From Camelus dromedarius (lineage: Eukaryota): a stretch of 64,000 nucleotides of DNA. The notes under the pieces are model-generated. The model worked only from the letters and a program-made list of their open reading frames with translations, had not been told where the DNA came from and made no database searches. The stretch lies in assembly GCF_036321535.1 (NCBI RefSeq), contig NC_087437.1, positions 32,738,001 to 32,802,000 of the forward strand, read 5' to 3'. Both the position numbers and the translations under genes were made by a program. Position 1 is the stretch's first letter; each line of letters starts with the position of its first letter. Below, one piece after another: positions 12,850-26,135 of the stretch.

Positions 12850-15600
12850 CTTTTTTTGCCTTTGAATGGAGAAATTTAAGCGTTCATTAAAACAGAGGAT
12901 AGTATAATAAACCCTCATGTAGCCATGATGTAACTTCATCAGGTAATATTTTGTCATTATCAAGATTTGCTGTTAAGCTTTGTTAGGATGGATCCAGAGT
13001 ACCTTTACTCTATGGCTAATTTAGCTCCAGAATTAATACTTGACTCTATACAATGTCTTATGTAGAAAGTGTCTCCATTCTGGCTGATAGAACACTATTT
13101 CTTCCCCATATAATATTCTGGGTTTTTTCTTGCTATGCATTGTATTTTCCCCTGGTTACATGGAATTTCATTTCACATATTTGTAGACTGGAACTTGTCA
13201 AAGATCTAGAGAGCACACTGTAGATTTCTGGATCCCTATTTCTGTCCAACTTCCTTCTCTTTGGTCTAATGCCTTGCAAATTCTATTACCTGGACCTTCT
13301 TGAAGATCTGTGTCTGCCTCTCTAACTCAGCAAGTCTGTGAGGCTTTGTTTGGGTTCCCTTTCCTTCCTCTGTGGCTTAGAAACTTCCTCAGAGGCAGTA
13401 AGCTGGGGCATCCTAGGGTTCCCTTTTTTGTTTTCCTTTTCTTTGGGAATTACACTTATGTACTGCCAATAGTCCAATGTCTGACATAGTTGTTAAATAC
13501 ATTTTGTCTGCTTTTTTACTTGTTTATGATAAGAGGGTTATCCCCATAGCTTTTAACCCTTATGGGCAAAAGATCATTTAACTAGAATATTGATTATTTT
13601 ATTTGTGATTTCTCTATTTTTTTTGTCATTTCCAAGGACTTATCAACTTTATTCATCTTCTTAAAGAATCAACTTTGTCTTTCTTAATCTTCTGAGTCAT
13701 TAATTTTGTGCTTCTTTTCTTTATTTCTTTCCTTTTACATTCTTGAGTATAGTTTTCTAACTCCTTGAGATGGATGCTTAGATCATTTATTTTAGCTTTT
13801 ATTCTTTTCGGATATGTGTATTCAGTGTTATAAATTTTCATCTTTGTTGTATTTTAGCTGTAGCCTACACATTTTTGATCTGTCATCTTTTAGTTTTCAT
13901 TCAGTTCAAATAAAATCTCCATTGTGACTTCATCTTTCCCATGGGTTATGTAGAAATGTGTTATTAAATTTCCAAACATTTGGAGGCTTTTCTAGTTGCT
14001 TGCCTCCCTTCCTTCCTTCCTTCCTCCTTTCCTCCCTCCCTCCCTTCCTTCAGAAAACACAATCTGAATACCTTTCAACTTTGAAATCTGTTGACATTAG
14101 CTTTATGGCCCATCATAAGGTTTAGTTTAGGTTTATATTACAGATACACTTGATTAGCAATGAATACAGTTAAATAAGTGAATTTAACTATTTGTTCAAA
14201 TCTTCTGTATCTTTACTTTTTTTTTCTTTTAAAACTTGCTTATTTTATCAGTTATTAAGAGAGCTCACAGACAAATCTTGATTGTGGATTTGTCTGTTTT
14301 CCATCAAGTTCTACCAGCTCCTGCTTTATATATTTTGAGGCTCTTTTATTAAATGTATGCAAATTCAGAATAGTTTTGTATTCCTTTTGGAATGATCCTA
14401 TCATGAAACATCTCTATTTCTAGAAATATTTCTTACTTTGAGGTCTGCATTGTCTAATATTGATATGACTTCACTAACTTTTTGTTAGTGCTTGTATGAT
14501 ATCTTTCCCTATCCTTTTATTTTCGAACTTTCTGTTTTTATATTTAACATGTTAATTTTGAAAGCTCTCTATAGTTTTCTGTTTTTCAGTTTGATAGTCT
14601 TTTTCCTTCAAACGTATAATTTAGTCTGTTTATGTTTATTGATTACTGTTATATTTGGATCTAAATCTTCTGTCTTCTTTGTTTTCTGTTTGTCAAATCC
14701 ATTTTTTTTCTGCTTTGGATTACTTTTATTTTACTTTCTTCTCTATTAGTTTGTTAGCTTACTTTCTGTTATTTTTACTTTGAGTGCTTAATCTAGAAAT
14801 TAGAGCAGGCCCTTGACTTATTAGAGTCAGACGTAAAGTAGCACTCTTGTCATATTTTTCCTTGTAGTTTTGATAGTTGAAGGATATCTTAACTAGATGT
14901 AACATGGTGAGCACACTTTTTCCCCTTGAGTTGCCCAAAGAATATTAAAGTCATTGTTTTGCTGTGTATCTTGCAGTTGAGAAGACTGATGCCAATTTGA
15001 CTTTATTAGTGACTTGATTAGAGCGTTCTTTTCCTTTATTATTAACGTGCAATAACTTCTTCAGACTATGTCTAAGAGTTGGCTATGGTTAATCCATTTC
15101 CCCAGATACACAGTAGATCCTTTCTACATGTAGATTCTCTTAGTTCCAAAAATGTCCTTGGATTCTGATTGTAATATTAGCTCTGTTACTTGTTTTTTCT
15201 TATTCTGGAGCCTCAGTGAGGTTTGATATTAACTGTCTGCCTCATCTATTGCTTTTTTCTGGTCCTTTCTACAAGTTTTATTTTTTAATAGTTTCTTTTT
15301 CATGGCCCTTTTATCACTTATGCCTGTCTCTTATTATATGCTGTATTTAATTAATGTTGGAGTGTTATGTTATAGTCTCTTCTGCTTCATTGTTTTGTGT
15401 GTGTGTGTGTGTGATGTGTATTTGTGTCACCTGAAAAAATTTGATTCTAACTTTGATTCTTTTCTTATAGTTACTTTGTATGGATGTTGGATTCTTTTTT
15501 GTTGTTGTTCATGATAATGTTTAGAATTTTCTTGAATCAGCAGTAACAGACAATTCAGTGGATGGGCTGAAGATTTTTAGTGACTTATAAGATTTCTTGA
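12850..15600 (-). mobile_element. Old L1M fragments (5' region, ORF2 endonuclease region, ORF1-like)
   Basis: ORF 13653-13841 (KINDLSIHLKELE...KRKEIKKR) resembles L1 ORF2, and the flanks are degenerate antisense L1. Confidence 0.65.
14003..14051. repeat. (CCTT/CCCT)n microsatellite
   Basis: Directly visible. Confidence 0.85.
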
Positions 15601-18167
15601 ATGGCACTGTACTATTTTTAGTATAGTGAGGTGGAATTTCTTTAATAAATGGGGAACTTTATGGGAAAAGGTAGGTCTTTTTTTAGATCCTTTGATGTCC
15701 TCTTGTTTTTATAGAGCCTTGAGCTTCAGCACCTTGATTTCTGGTTTTCTTTCACCACCAAGCCGCTAGTGGACACATCCTTTTTCAAAGTGTATCTCTT
15801 CCCTATAGTATAGGTTCTGTTAAAAAAATTCCCCCTTTTGTTATGATTTTAGTTGGATTTTAATTGGGGGTGAAAGTAGATATCCATGTTCAAAATATCA
15901 TCCTGATATAGAGTCCATGTTAGTTTATTCAGTGTAAAATTTTTAAGCGTAATTTTAATTATGGTTTTATTTTATGGCAAATGTAATCTTTATACTATTC
16001 TAGTTAAGAGAGTATTTGAAGTATTGTAGTTTTTTTTTTGAAAGACAAAATATTAGGATATTTGTTTTGATTACATGTGTTTAGAACTCATTAGCCAATT
16101 AAGAAACTTGAAAAATTGTTTTTTGAGGGCAGTAATTCATTTTATGTAGGGATGTTATGGTGATTCTTCCTATTCTGTAGATATTGAAAGCATTTATCTG
16201 GTATAATAGGACATCTTGCTGTCCATTTATTGCTTATATATTGTGTGTTCTAGATTGCCACATTTTTTATCAAATGTTTCTTTGCTTATAATATATTTCC
16301 ATATTGGCTTTGGTACTCTAGAGACTTCTAGAGTGATTTATCAGAAAGGTATTTATTTAAGGAATGAGGGAAAAAATAATATCTTAAATTTTAGTATAGT
16401 TTCTTTGACTTTCTAATCTGTTTGGTCAGGGTAGGGAATCTCTTTACTCTGATCTATTACTTTTTTCCTGATGGAAAGCCTTCAAATATGTAATTATGTT
16501 TACTTAATAAAGTAAATGGGATTGTTCATAGTCTGCATGTGAGTTTTACTCAAAATTATGCAAAGTGATTCTCATGAAAATTAAAAGTCAGCAGCTTAAT
16601 TCATTTAAAACCTGTGTTTGACTTTGTGGTCCTTTTTAGCAGCCTTTAATAATGTTGTGAAAACTGTGTTTTGGATTTGCTCTCTTTTCCCCATTTCTTC
16701 TCTCCAGAGCCTTTTTTTTTTTTTTTTTTTTTTGCTTCTTGTAGCCTATAGGCAAGGTTAAGAGGCCTCAAATATGAGAATTAAAATAATGAATATTAAG
16801 ACATTGGGTGGAAAGGCCAATAGCTTCTATTGCATACTGTGATATTTTTAAACTTATTACTTTCTTTAAATTTGATAGCGTGAGCACTTAACTCATATAA
16901 CTGATAATTACTATCATAGGTCATTGAGCCACATCAGCAATATTTGTAAAAGAGTATTCCAGAATGTCATGGGTTGCTTGTATGAAGACATAATGAGCAG
17001 GATATTTTTGGAGAATGGTAGGCATATGTTTTCTATGGTAGAATCTTTATGATAGGGAAAACCATGAGATGCATTTGGAGATAATTAATTCATGAATTGG
17101 GTAAGTTGGGAGGAGTAGAAATTAGGGAAGTAGTTGCTATGGGGAGAGTGAGGCAGATAGTAATTGACAGAAGGCCTCTAATTGCGGTATCTAGCTTTGC
17201 TGTGATGGGGATAGATAGTGTGATCCTACTTTCTGGTTACTCTGGGACAGTGCCAATTTCTGCCTGTTGTCCGTGTGTTACAGTGCCTTCCTTGACTCTA
17301 AAAAATATCCCCTTTTATTTTCCAAAGGCTTGAATGATAGGTGATACGATTTTCCTGTTACAGCAAACTAGTGATGATCATGTATTTGGCTAGCGAGGGT
17401 TTCCTGTGGAGAAGATGTGGATCTTTAACCAAGATTATGATTATTTACCTTCCTATATAAAAGAAATGTATTGAAACTTAAGTAATCCTTATGCCAGCCT
17501 TAAGATTTTAAAGATCTATCAAAATCAGAATACTTCTCTTTACTGGATTAGCTATGTATCAGGGAAACATTTCATTATGATCTGATTGAGATTTGATTCA
17601 TTCATTCAGATCAGCACTTCATTCTTCTTTCTCTTTCATATCTTTCTTTGTGCCTGCCTCCTCCCAAATTACTTGTCTGCTACCTCACAATTCAGTTAGA
17701 TACTATTATTTAATCTTTATTATAGTCCTGAAAGGTAGTTATTGTCCTCATTTTGTAGAGGAAGATATAGATGCCAGAGAGGAAGTAACTTGTTTGAGGA
17801 CGCTGTTATATGAGAAATCCTTTATTTTTTAACTTACTGCTTCTGTAGCTATGGTTATATTAAGAGGAGATACATTTAGTTTTAAAGATACAGTTAAAAA
17901 AAAAAAAAGATTTCACCAAAATGTGCCTTATCTGAAATCCACAAGTGATTACACATTTTTGTCCAACAGTATATTTTTCTTAGTGACAAACCACTAAGAA
18001 ATGAGCTTACTTTGAGGTTTTACTTAAGATAAAGAAGCTCTTAGAGGTTTGTTGTTAGTGTTTAAACCAAGATTTGTTACTCTACTTTTGTTACTCCGCT
18101 TTTTTACTAGTTAAGTGAAAACTAATTTCCAGATTCATAAAATAGAACCAAATTAAGATAGTATACT

Positions 18168-18207
18168 GTATATACATGCAATATATATAGTGCAATATAT
18201 ATATACA

Positions 18208-18240
<33 letters not shown>
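18168..18240. repeat. (TA)n-rich microsatellite
   Basis: Perfect AT run at 18214-18240 preceded by imperfect units. Confidence 0.9.
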
Positions 18241-18327
18241 GAGGCTGTGGTTATCACAAAAAAAGGCCCCCTTTATTATTATTATTATTGTTATGACTGT
18301 TATTTTCTTTTAACTGGAAAACTTTAA

Positions 18328-18458
18328 GGAGTTTTTTTGGGGGGGGGTAAGGTAATTAGGTTTATTTATTTTTTTTTAATGGAGGTACTGGGGATTGAAC
18401 CCAGGACCTTGTACATGCTAAGCACACACTCTATCACTGAGCTTTATACCCTCCCCCA
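18328..18458 (-). mobile_element. tRNA-derived SINE (camelid Vic-1-like)
   Basis: The minus strand reads GGGGGAGGGTATAAAGCTCAGTGATAGAG...GGTCCTGGGTTCAATCCCCAGTACCTCCA (Pol III A and B boxes) plus an AT-rich tail. TSD gaaaactttaa at 18317-18327 and 18463-18473. Confidence 0.88.
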
Positions 18459-19700
18459 GCCAGAAAACTTTAAATTCTAATTATTGTTCAAAGATTTTGG
18501 AATAATCTGTTAAAATTTCTGTATATCCACATATAATAAAAGACTGAATTAGAAATGAATAGATAACATCTGTGGGGGCAATAAATTGTAAATTAAAACT
18601 TTATGTGGAAAGAAGCATTTGTCAAAATTAAGAGAGGGAGTAGTGAAAGAGAAAATGATGGAAATTTAAATTTTGTAGATTAGGATAATGAACTGATGTC
18701 GACATTCCTTGCAATAAATATTGTAACTTCTCAAAATCACATTTTAAAAAAGAATTTGTGGTCTTATGATACAGTATTGCTTTCTATTCACTGAACGAAC
18801 CAGTTAGGGATGAAAGATGACAGAACTAACTACCACCAAAACTCATATGATTCACTTCAAGTTCTACACATGTCCAAAGTACGTGTGACTAGTTCATACA
18901 ATTTCTTTATCCACAAATTTTTTTTGTTGTTGTTATTTGTGTTTGCTTTTTTTTTTTTTTTTTTTTTTGCTTTATCAGTCTAGTCAGGGATTTACCAAAT
19001 ATTTTTGATATTCTCAGCAAACCAGATTTTGGCTTTGTTAATTTTCTTTATTGCTTCCTACTCCATTGAGTTTTGCTCTTTAATGTTTCCTTTCTTCTAC
19101 TTACTTTGGGTTTACTTTGCTCTTGTTTCTAGCTTCTAAAGATGAAACATTAGGTAATTGATTTTAGACTTTTCTTCTTTTCTAATATAAATATTTAAAG
19201 CTATAAAATCTCCTCTAAACATTGCTTTAGCTGCATCACACAAATTCTTATATGCTGTATTTTCATTGTCTTTCAGTTTAAAATATTTTCTCATTTCTCT
19301 TGTGATTTCTTACTTGACTCGTGACTTATTCAGAAGTGTATTTCTACACCTTTGGGTTTTTTCTAGATGCTTTATTGTTATTGAATTCTAATTTAATTCT
19401 GTTGTGGTACAATAAACATATTCTGTATGACTTCTACTTATGAATTGATCCTTTGATCACATGAAGTGTACATTATTATTTGGGGTGATACTCTTAGTTT
19501 CTAAGTGTCTAAGGTGATACACTCTAGTTTATTTGATTTTAATATATTCATTCCAGCCTTTCTGTGTTTGCTGTTTACATGATATATCTATCTTTAACCA
19601 TTTATTTTCAACCTGTGTCTGTATTTAAATTGCATATCTTGTAGACCATGTATAGTTGTGTGTTGCTTAATAAATTAATTTGGACAAGCTGTGCTATTTT

Positions 19701-20100
19701 TCCTCTCAAACAAAAGGTGTCACATATTTATTACTGAACCAGCCTACCAGTGCAGAAACATAGAAACAAAGTAAAAAGTCATTTTTTTAATTGAAACACA
19801 TTCAACTGTCCAGATAGTAGTGATGCTTTCAGAGTGATATGTTAAGATGTAAATGACCTTGATAGAGCATAAGTATATGTGACATCTCCTGTGTGATTTC
19901 ATATAGACCCAGCTTGTTTCTTCTCCATTGTTTCATTTTGGAGTTGTACCTGATTTTAGTGCTTATTTTCATTTGAATCCATTGGGAAATGGGACTGTAC
20001 TTTGGTTTCTTGGTCAGGAATTGCTTGATCCTGAGTCTTGTGAGAAGACATGTGAGGAACAGAGTCAACTCCATATCATAATGACAGAGAAAAGGAGATA
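19701..20100 (-). pseudogene. RPL39: Processed pseudogene of ribosomal protein L39
   Basis: ATG at 20051-20049 gives MSSHKT, then a frameshift, then [43 protein letters not shown] (RPL39: [51 protein letters not shown]). The stop codon has become TAT at 19903-19901. AATAAA at 19732-19727, a TOP-like 5' end, and a degenerate TSD agctgtgctatttt (19687-19700) / agctctgcttttt (20102-20114). Confidence 0.93.
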
Positions 20101-20236
20101 CAGCTCTGCTTTTTAATGAAATTAATTCATTTTAATTAAAATTAATTAAATTAATTACTAATATGTTTAGATTTGTCTACTCTTTTATTGTCCCTTTTTT
20201 GTTTGTTTCCTTGTACTTGCTTTCTAGCCTTCTTTT

Positions 20237-20377
20237 AAAAATTAAAAAAAAATTTATTTTTGGAGGAGGTAATTAGGTTTAGTTATTTATTTATTTTTAG
20301 AGGAGTTGCTGGGGATTGAACCCAGGACCTTGTGTTTGCTAAGTGTGGGTTCTACCACTTGAGCTATACCCTCCCTC
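20237..20377 (-). mobile_element. tRNA-derived SINE (camelid Vic-1-like)
   Basis: Same family as 18328-18458. Perfect 13-bp TSD ctagccttctttt at 20224-20236 and 20378-20390. Confidence 0.88.
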
Positions 20378-22923
20378 CTAGCCTTCTTTTGGATTAATGA
20401 ATATTTTAAAGAATTCTCTTTTAGTTCATCTCTTTAGCTACACTTCTCGGCATTCATTTATCCTTCTTCTTCTTTTTTTTTTTTTCCCTTTTCTTTAAGT
20501 AGTTGCTGTAAGGATTACATATATACTCTTACCATTTCAGTGTACTTAGAGTTACTGTTCACCATTCATGTGAAATGTAGAAACAAATCTTCTAACTGTA
20601 CATGTCTGTTTATCTGCTCCATACTTTATTTTGTAGCGATTATATGTATTATATCTCCCTTCATAAACCCTATAGTAAAATATTGTAGTTCTTACTTCAA
20701 GTGCATACATATTTTAAATAAAGGGAAGTAGTTTTTACATTTACCCATATATTTACCATTTCCAGTGGTCTTCATTTCCTTTCTGAAGATCCAAGTTTCC
20801 ATCATTTATCATTCTCTTCAGCCTGAAGAACTTATTTTAGTACTTACTATGATGCAGATTAGTAATTGTTGATGATTATGGTTTACTTTTCCTTTATCTC
20901 AAAAATGTCTTTGATTTACTTTTATTTTTGAGGGATATTTTTGCTGGATATAAAATTCTGTGGTGATTTTTTTTTTCTTTCACCATGTTAAGAATTTTAT
21001 TCCATTGTCGTCTGATCTTTATTGTTTCTGATGAGAAGCCAGCAGTATTTCATATCATTGTTCCCTTGTATGTAGTGTGTCAACTTTTTTCCTGAATACT
21101 TTCAAGATTTTTCTACACCTTTAGTTTTCATCAGCTTGACTATAGTATTACTAGTCATGGTCTTCATATTTATTTTGGTGTTCACTAAACTTCTGGAATC
21201 TGTAAACTTTTCATTCACTAAATTTGGGGAAATTTTGACCACCACTTAAAAAAAATAATTTTCTGCCTCATTATTTTTCTCTACTTTTGGGTTTAAATAA
21301 ACATGTTAGACACTTGAATACACAGATCCCAGGGCTTTTTCTTTCTTTTAACAGCCTTTTTTCCCTCTTAATTCTTCAGATTGGATAAGTTTGATTTATT
21401 TGTTTTGAAGTACACAGAATTTTTTTTCCTTTGTTGTTATCACTCGCTTTTGCTCTCATTTAGTGTAATACTAATTTTGGATATTGTATTTTTCAGTTAC
21501 AGAATTTTTGTATTTTCTATTATTTTTCTTCAGAGATGTCTTTACTTTATATTGATTATAAACATAGTTATACTTACTATTTTAAAATCCTGCCTGCTAA
21601 TTTCAACATCTGGCTCATCTCAAGGTTGGTCATTATTGACTATTTTTTTCTCTTGAGAGTTAATCACATTGTTCACGTTTCACTGTACATCTAGTAACTT
21701 TGGATTGTATCATGGACATGGTGAATGTCATTTTTTTTAATACTCTGTATTCTGTTATTTTTCTCCAAAGAATATTGATTTTTTTGTTTACTTTTTTTTT
21801 TTTAAAGCAGGGAATTAACTTAGTTCAATTAACATTATAAAAATCCAGTCTCTTTGGGGGCAGTTGAAATTTTAATTCAGTTCTCTTGTCCTTAGCTATT
21901 TGGAATCTGCTGTTCATATTCATGATGTAGGGTTCAGCTAGAGATTTGAACAGAATTACATCTAGAATTTTTGGCTTCCTCTTCTGACTCTTTTGCAGGA
22001 TTTCCCTTTCATTTTCCTTTTGTGATGGTTGCCCTGAATCTCTGTTCTGATTTTTCAGGCCAGAAATTTAAAAGTTTTCTGTTGGAGGTTTATCTGTCCG
22101 GCATGGCAGACTTAGGCTTGTCATCAGAAAAGAAACTGATAAAATGGCAAACTTTCTTATTGCTGTTTCTTTTCCCATGTGTTGGCTTGCCCATCATTCT
22201 TGGTTCATAATCTAATTGCTTGAAATTACATTACATAAGTCAGCAACATATATAAATAGTAAGGTTTTGTTCTTTTTAAAGGTCAGTGCCTTCTTTTGAT
22301 CACTATTCAGTGACTTCAGATAGTTTATTTTTATAGTTTCTGTGAGATCATCAGTCTGGTGGAGGCTTTCTTGTCAATACTGTTAAGACAGGATCTAAAA
22401 ATCTTTACTTTTTAAAAGCACATAATGTATCCGACCTAATTTTGTCCTTCATTTTATACAAAGGATAGCTAGATTGTAGTAGACTAGAGGAATAGTTTTA
22501 TTGTAACAATTAGAAATAGGAAATAAGGTTGAATCAATATAGATGCAGAGATTGTAAGAATAGAGAAGACCCTATCCTTGAAAATTAGATTGGATACATT
22601 TAGATTTGTTATGTTATCTTGATGAGATTTGAATAATGAAGACTTGATTTGAACTTTAAGACTTTTTGTCTAAACAAACACTTTTTGAGTAAGCCTTAAT
22701 TTCCTTTAAAGTTTGTTGACAACATATATTTCCCTCATGTATCATTCTAACAGAGTACTTATTCATAAAGAATCATATTTAGATGCTTGCTTTTCACACT
22801 TATTTAACTACTGAATCCTTAACTAAAACTAAATCTTTTTCTTTCAGATAATTTTTAAGGAAATTTTTATTTCATAATACAAAATATTCATTAAATGTAT
22901 TTAATGAAATCTACTTACTGTAG

Positions 22924-23097
22924 GTCCCGGTCAAGACCTCGTCCACGTTCCCATAGTCGAAGCAGTGAAAGGTCCAGTCACAGAAGAACACGTAGTAGGT
23001 CTCGGGATAGAGAACGACGTAAAGGCAGAGATAAGGAGAAAAGAGAAAAGGAGAAGGATAAAAACAAAGATAAGGAATTACACAACATCAAACGTGG
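22924..23097 (+). CDS. RSRC1: Internal coding exon (174 nt, phase 2-2) of arginine/serine-rich coiled-coil protein 1
   Basis: Translates to (R)[57 protein letters not shown](G), which I recognise as the RSRC1 RS-domain/charged region. Flanked by acceptor ctgtAG (22922-22923) and donor GTaagt (23098-23103). The ORF-track ATG at 22895 is intronic. Confidence 0.92.
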
Positions 23098-25289
23098 GTA
23101 AGTTGAAGCAAATCTAAAGCAGTGATAACTCATTGATTCCATAGCAATATTCAAACTAAATTTTCATCCTCTGTGGTTTTTCTTAGATGGAAAAAAGAGG
23201 AGGATACAATAGAGAAGGGAGAAGAGATAAATTAAAATAGTTACCTCAAATTATTGCTGTTTCCTTTCTATTCCTGTTTTCATTTAATACTTACATAGCA
23301 AATCTTAGAAACAAACAACACTGTCAAACCTTAGTATCTCAGTAAAGGAAAATTTACATGATTTGTTAGGAAAGTTCCATTTCCTTTATCATGAATACGG
23401 ATTAAAATTTGAAGACTACTTGATGATTAAAATGTCTGTTAGCTTATTATAAAACTGTTAGGGGAAAAGGATAAAGATGGAACAAAAGGAGAAAACCATG
23501 TGATTTACTATTGGTTAGACCTCTTTCAATACAGAATGAGGACTTGGTTAATATTCAGGTATTATGTGTTTGTTAGAATAAGTGTATATGTATAAAAGAC
23601 CCAGAATATTATTTTTCTAGAATTGATATAATTGAAACAGTTATCCTGACTCTGTCCAATTTGGAGCTTGAAGTCCACTCATAACTGTTTATTAAATTAG
23701 AAGATGTTAAAATGAAACAGAATCTTGTTTAGTAGCTTAAATTGCAGCTTCTATGAAGTAGAACATCTTGGAATTTATCCTCTTTTTTCAGCCTTTCAAC
23801 ATCTTAGGTATGTTCACTTTAATACTTCAATACAAAAGTGTTTATCTTTAGTGTATCATTTTTCAGTGTTAAATTGAAGAGCTTACCAATATCTTGGATA
23901 TGGTTTCTTGAGATCTTGAGCCTGTGAAGAATTTAGTTTATTGAAGGATATGGAACTCTTCTTATCCCTCTCTTTTTCACTGTTGTCTATGTGTTAATTT
24001 TTTATCCAGATTTATAGTGATATTATATAGAACCGCCCAGATTCTTGGCTTTTATGTATTCTTTGAAATGATAAATTTGTGGTGGATTTTGGAAGAATAT
24101 AACTTTATGAGACTTTCTTTTCCCTGACCACCCTACAACCATTAATGCGCATTGAGCACTTGTGGTCCTGCAAAATTCTGAATTCTGTCTTTTTCTAGTT
24201 CTAAGGATTGTCAAATATTACAGGAGAGGAGATAGGGTTGGATATCTGGTTTTAAGGATAGGGAGGCTGACTTAGCCTGAATTGGTAGAATGGAATGAGG
24301 ATCAGAGAGGGTATGGGGGATATCTGTTGATAAAAGGAGAAAGGAGGGTGGTAGATTTGAACAGGGGATATAGAGTAGGTTTCTGAGACTGAAAAATATG
24401 GACTAAGAGGACAAGTAAATTATGTCAGTCAAGGAGATACTCCTTGTTTCTTTCTTTCCCTCCTCCTTTTGGTTTACATTTCAGTATTACATAACTATGT
24501 GAAGTGACTATGATTTTTACTGGTCATTAAATTTTTGCTTTCTACTTCACTAAATTTTACATTTTTAGAATATTTACACAGTTGTGTAAAGTTGATATTA
24601 CATAGAGCATTAGCTGGGTGATTTTAAAGGTAAGAAAAATGAGAACATGAATAAAAAGAGAGGTTGGGTAGTTTCAGGAAAGGGTCTCATATGGTGACAT
24701 TACTCTTGAAGTTCTGAACCAGCTTTTTTACAGGTTAGATTCTTCCATCACTCAGAGTTGATTGTATTCAAGGGACTGATTCCTGGATGACAGGTTCACA
24801 AGATAATAATGTTGTATTTGTCATTACTTCTTAATTCTCAACAAAGTCAATGAACAAAGTCAAAATAGACAGTGTCAGTGGAAGGGCCCCAAGTACTGAG
24901 GCCAGAAAAGCTGTAAGTAGCCTGCTTCAGTCATCTTCATGGTTTTTGTGGGTCATAGTACAGGGTAGTGTTATGTCAATGTGCCGTCTCTTCTGGTTAG
25001 TGCTGACAACACAAATTCATACCTTTTGGTACAATCTAACATTAGAATTTTGGGTAGGGGCTGTGTCATTGTATACATTTAACATGGTAGTATTTATATA
25101 TGACAGATGCACCCTGCTTTGCTCCAGAAATAGCATATATATATATTTTATGGCTTAACATGTTTATTTTGTAAACCTGATTTTTAAACCATTCAGGACA
25201 GAGAATGTGTCATACTCTTTTTTAACACTCAGAATTCCTCATATATATGTTAGTTGTTAATAAATATTTATTGGTTATTGATCAGATAC

Positions 25290-26135
25290 GCTCATTCATT
25301 CATTTGTTCACTTATTCAGTCAACAATATTTGAATTCCTTCTGTTTGTCAAGTACTACTTTAGGTAATAGGGACATAGTGGCAGGTCAGTGCTACTTGGA
25401 GATTCTATGAATGTAGCAAATATGTAGAAGGGCAGATATATAAATAATTACAGTGGAGTCAGGTGAATGTTTCAGTAGGAAACTAACTTGCATGAGTTAG
25501 AATGCTTTCTGGGCCATATGCCTCTGTTACAGCTACTGAACTTTGTCCTTTTAGCATGAAAATAGCCATAGATAATACTAGATGAATGTTATGGCTGTAT
25601 TCCAATAAAACTTTATTTACAAAAATAGGCAGCAGGCTAGATTTGCACAAGGGTTGTAGTTTGTTAACATTGGCTTAAATAAGTACATTATTGTTAATAT
25701 AACAGACAGTTTGGAGGTAAGCAGAGCTGGGCGCTTTTTATCCTTCCAACAGGTCAGTCTCAGCATGTTGGATTTTATCCTCAGTCTTGACACATTCTGG
25801 TTGCGAGATATTCCACCAATACTAAGCTGATTGATGTAGACTAGTCAGCAGGTTAGGAATGGGCTCTCGGAAGAAGTAATGTTTATACACTGAAAGAAGA
25901 AAGACATAGGAGAGAATGTTGCTTGCAAAATAAGCTTCGTATGGAAGTACTTGGAGGAAAGCAAAGTGAGTTTGGTACATTTGAGGAACTGAAGTCTAAT
26001 AGGGATTGGTTTGGAGAAGAAAAGTAATAGTGATGAGAGGTGATTATTGAAGTACCTTGTATGTTATGTTAAGGACTTTAAGGTCAGTGAGAAGCCAGTA
26101 AAGTCTCAAGTAGAATAGTTTTATGATCAGCTCTA
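25290..26135 (-). mobile_element. LINE-2 fragment with nested elements
   Basis: (tcat)n start, caacaatatttgaattccttctgtttgtcaag, tttgaggaactgaag. Confidence 0.6.
25500..25673 (+). mobile_element. MER58A-like fragment inside an L2
   Basis: ggctgtattccaataaaactttatttacaaaaataggcagcaggctagatttg; similar to 57148-57365. Confidence 0.78.

Larger units (their letters stand above)
18900..22380 (-). mobile_element. Old L1M element (ORF2 5' part, ORF1, 5' region) interrupted by the RPL39 retrocopy and a SINE
   Basis: Antisense L1 phrases such as gatatttttgctggatataaaattct and ttgtttctgatgagaag. Confidence 0.7.

Noticed and set aside
18380..18458. Possible tRNA gene (also 20305-20377)
   Set aside because: Both are degenerate and carry SINE tails and TSDs, so they are SINE heads rather than tRNA genes.
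22895..23101. 68-aa standalone ORF starting at ATG 22895
   Set aside because: The first nine codons are intronic and the stop lies in the splice donor. This is an internal RSRC1 exon.
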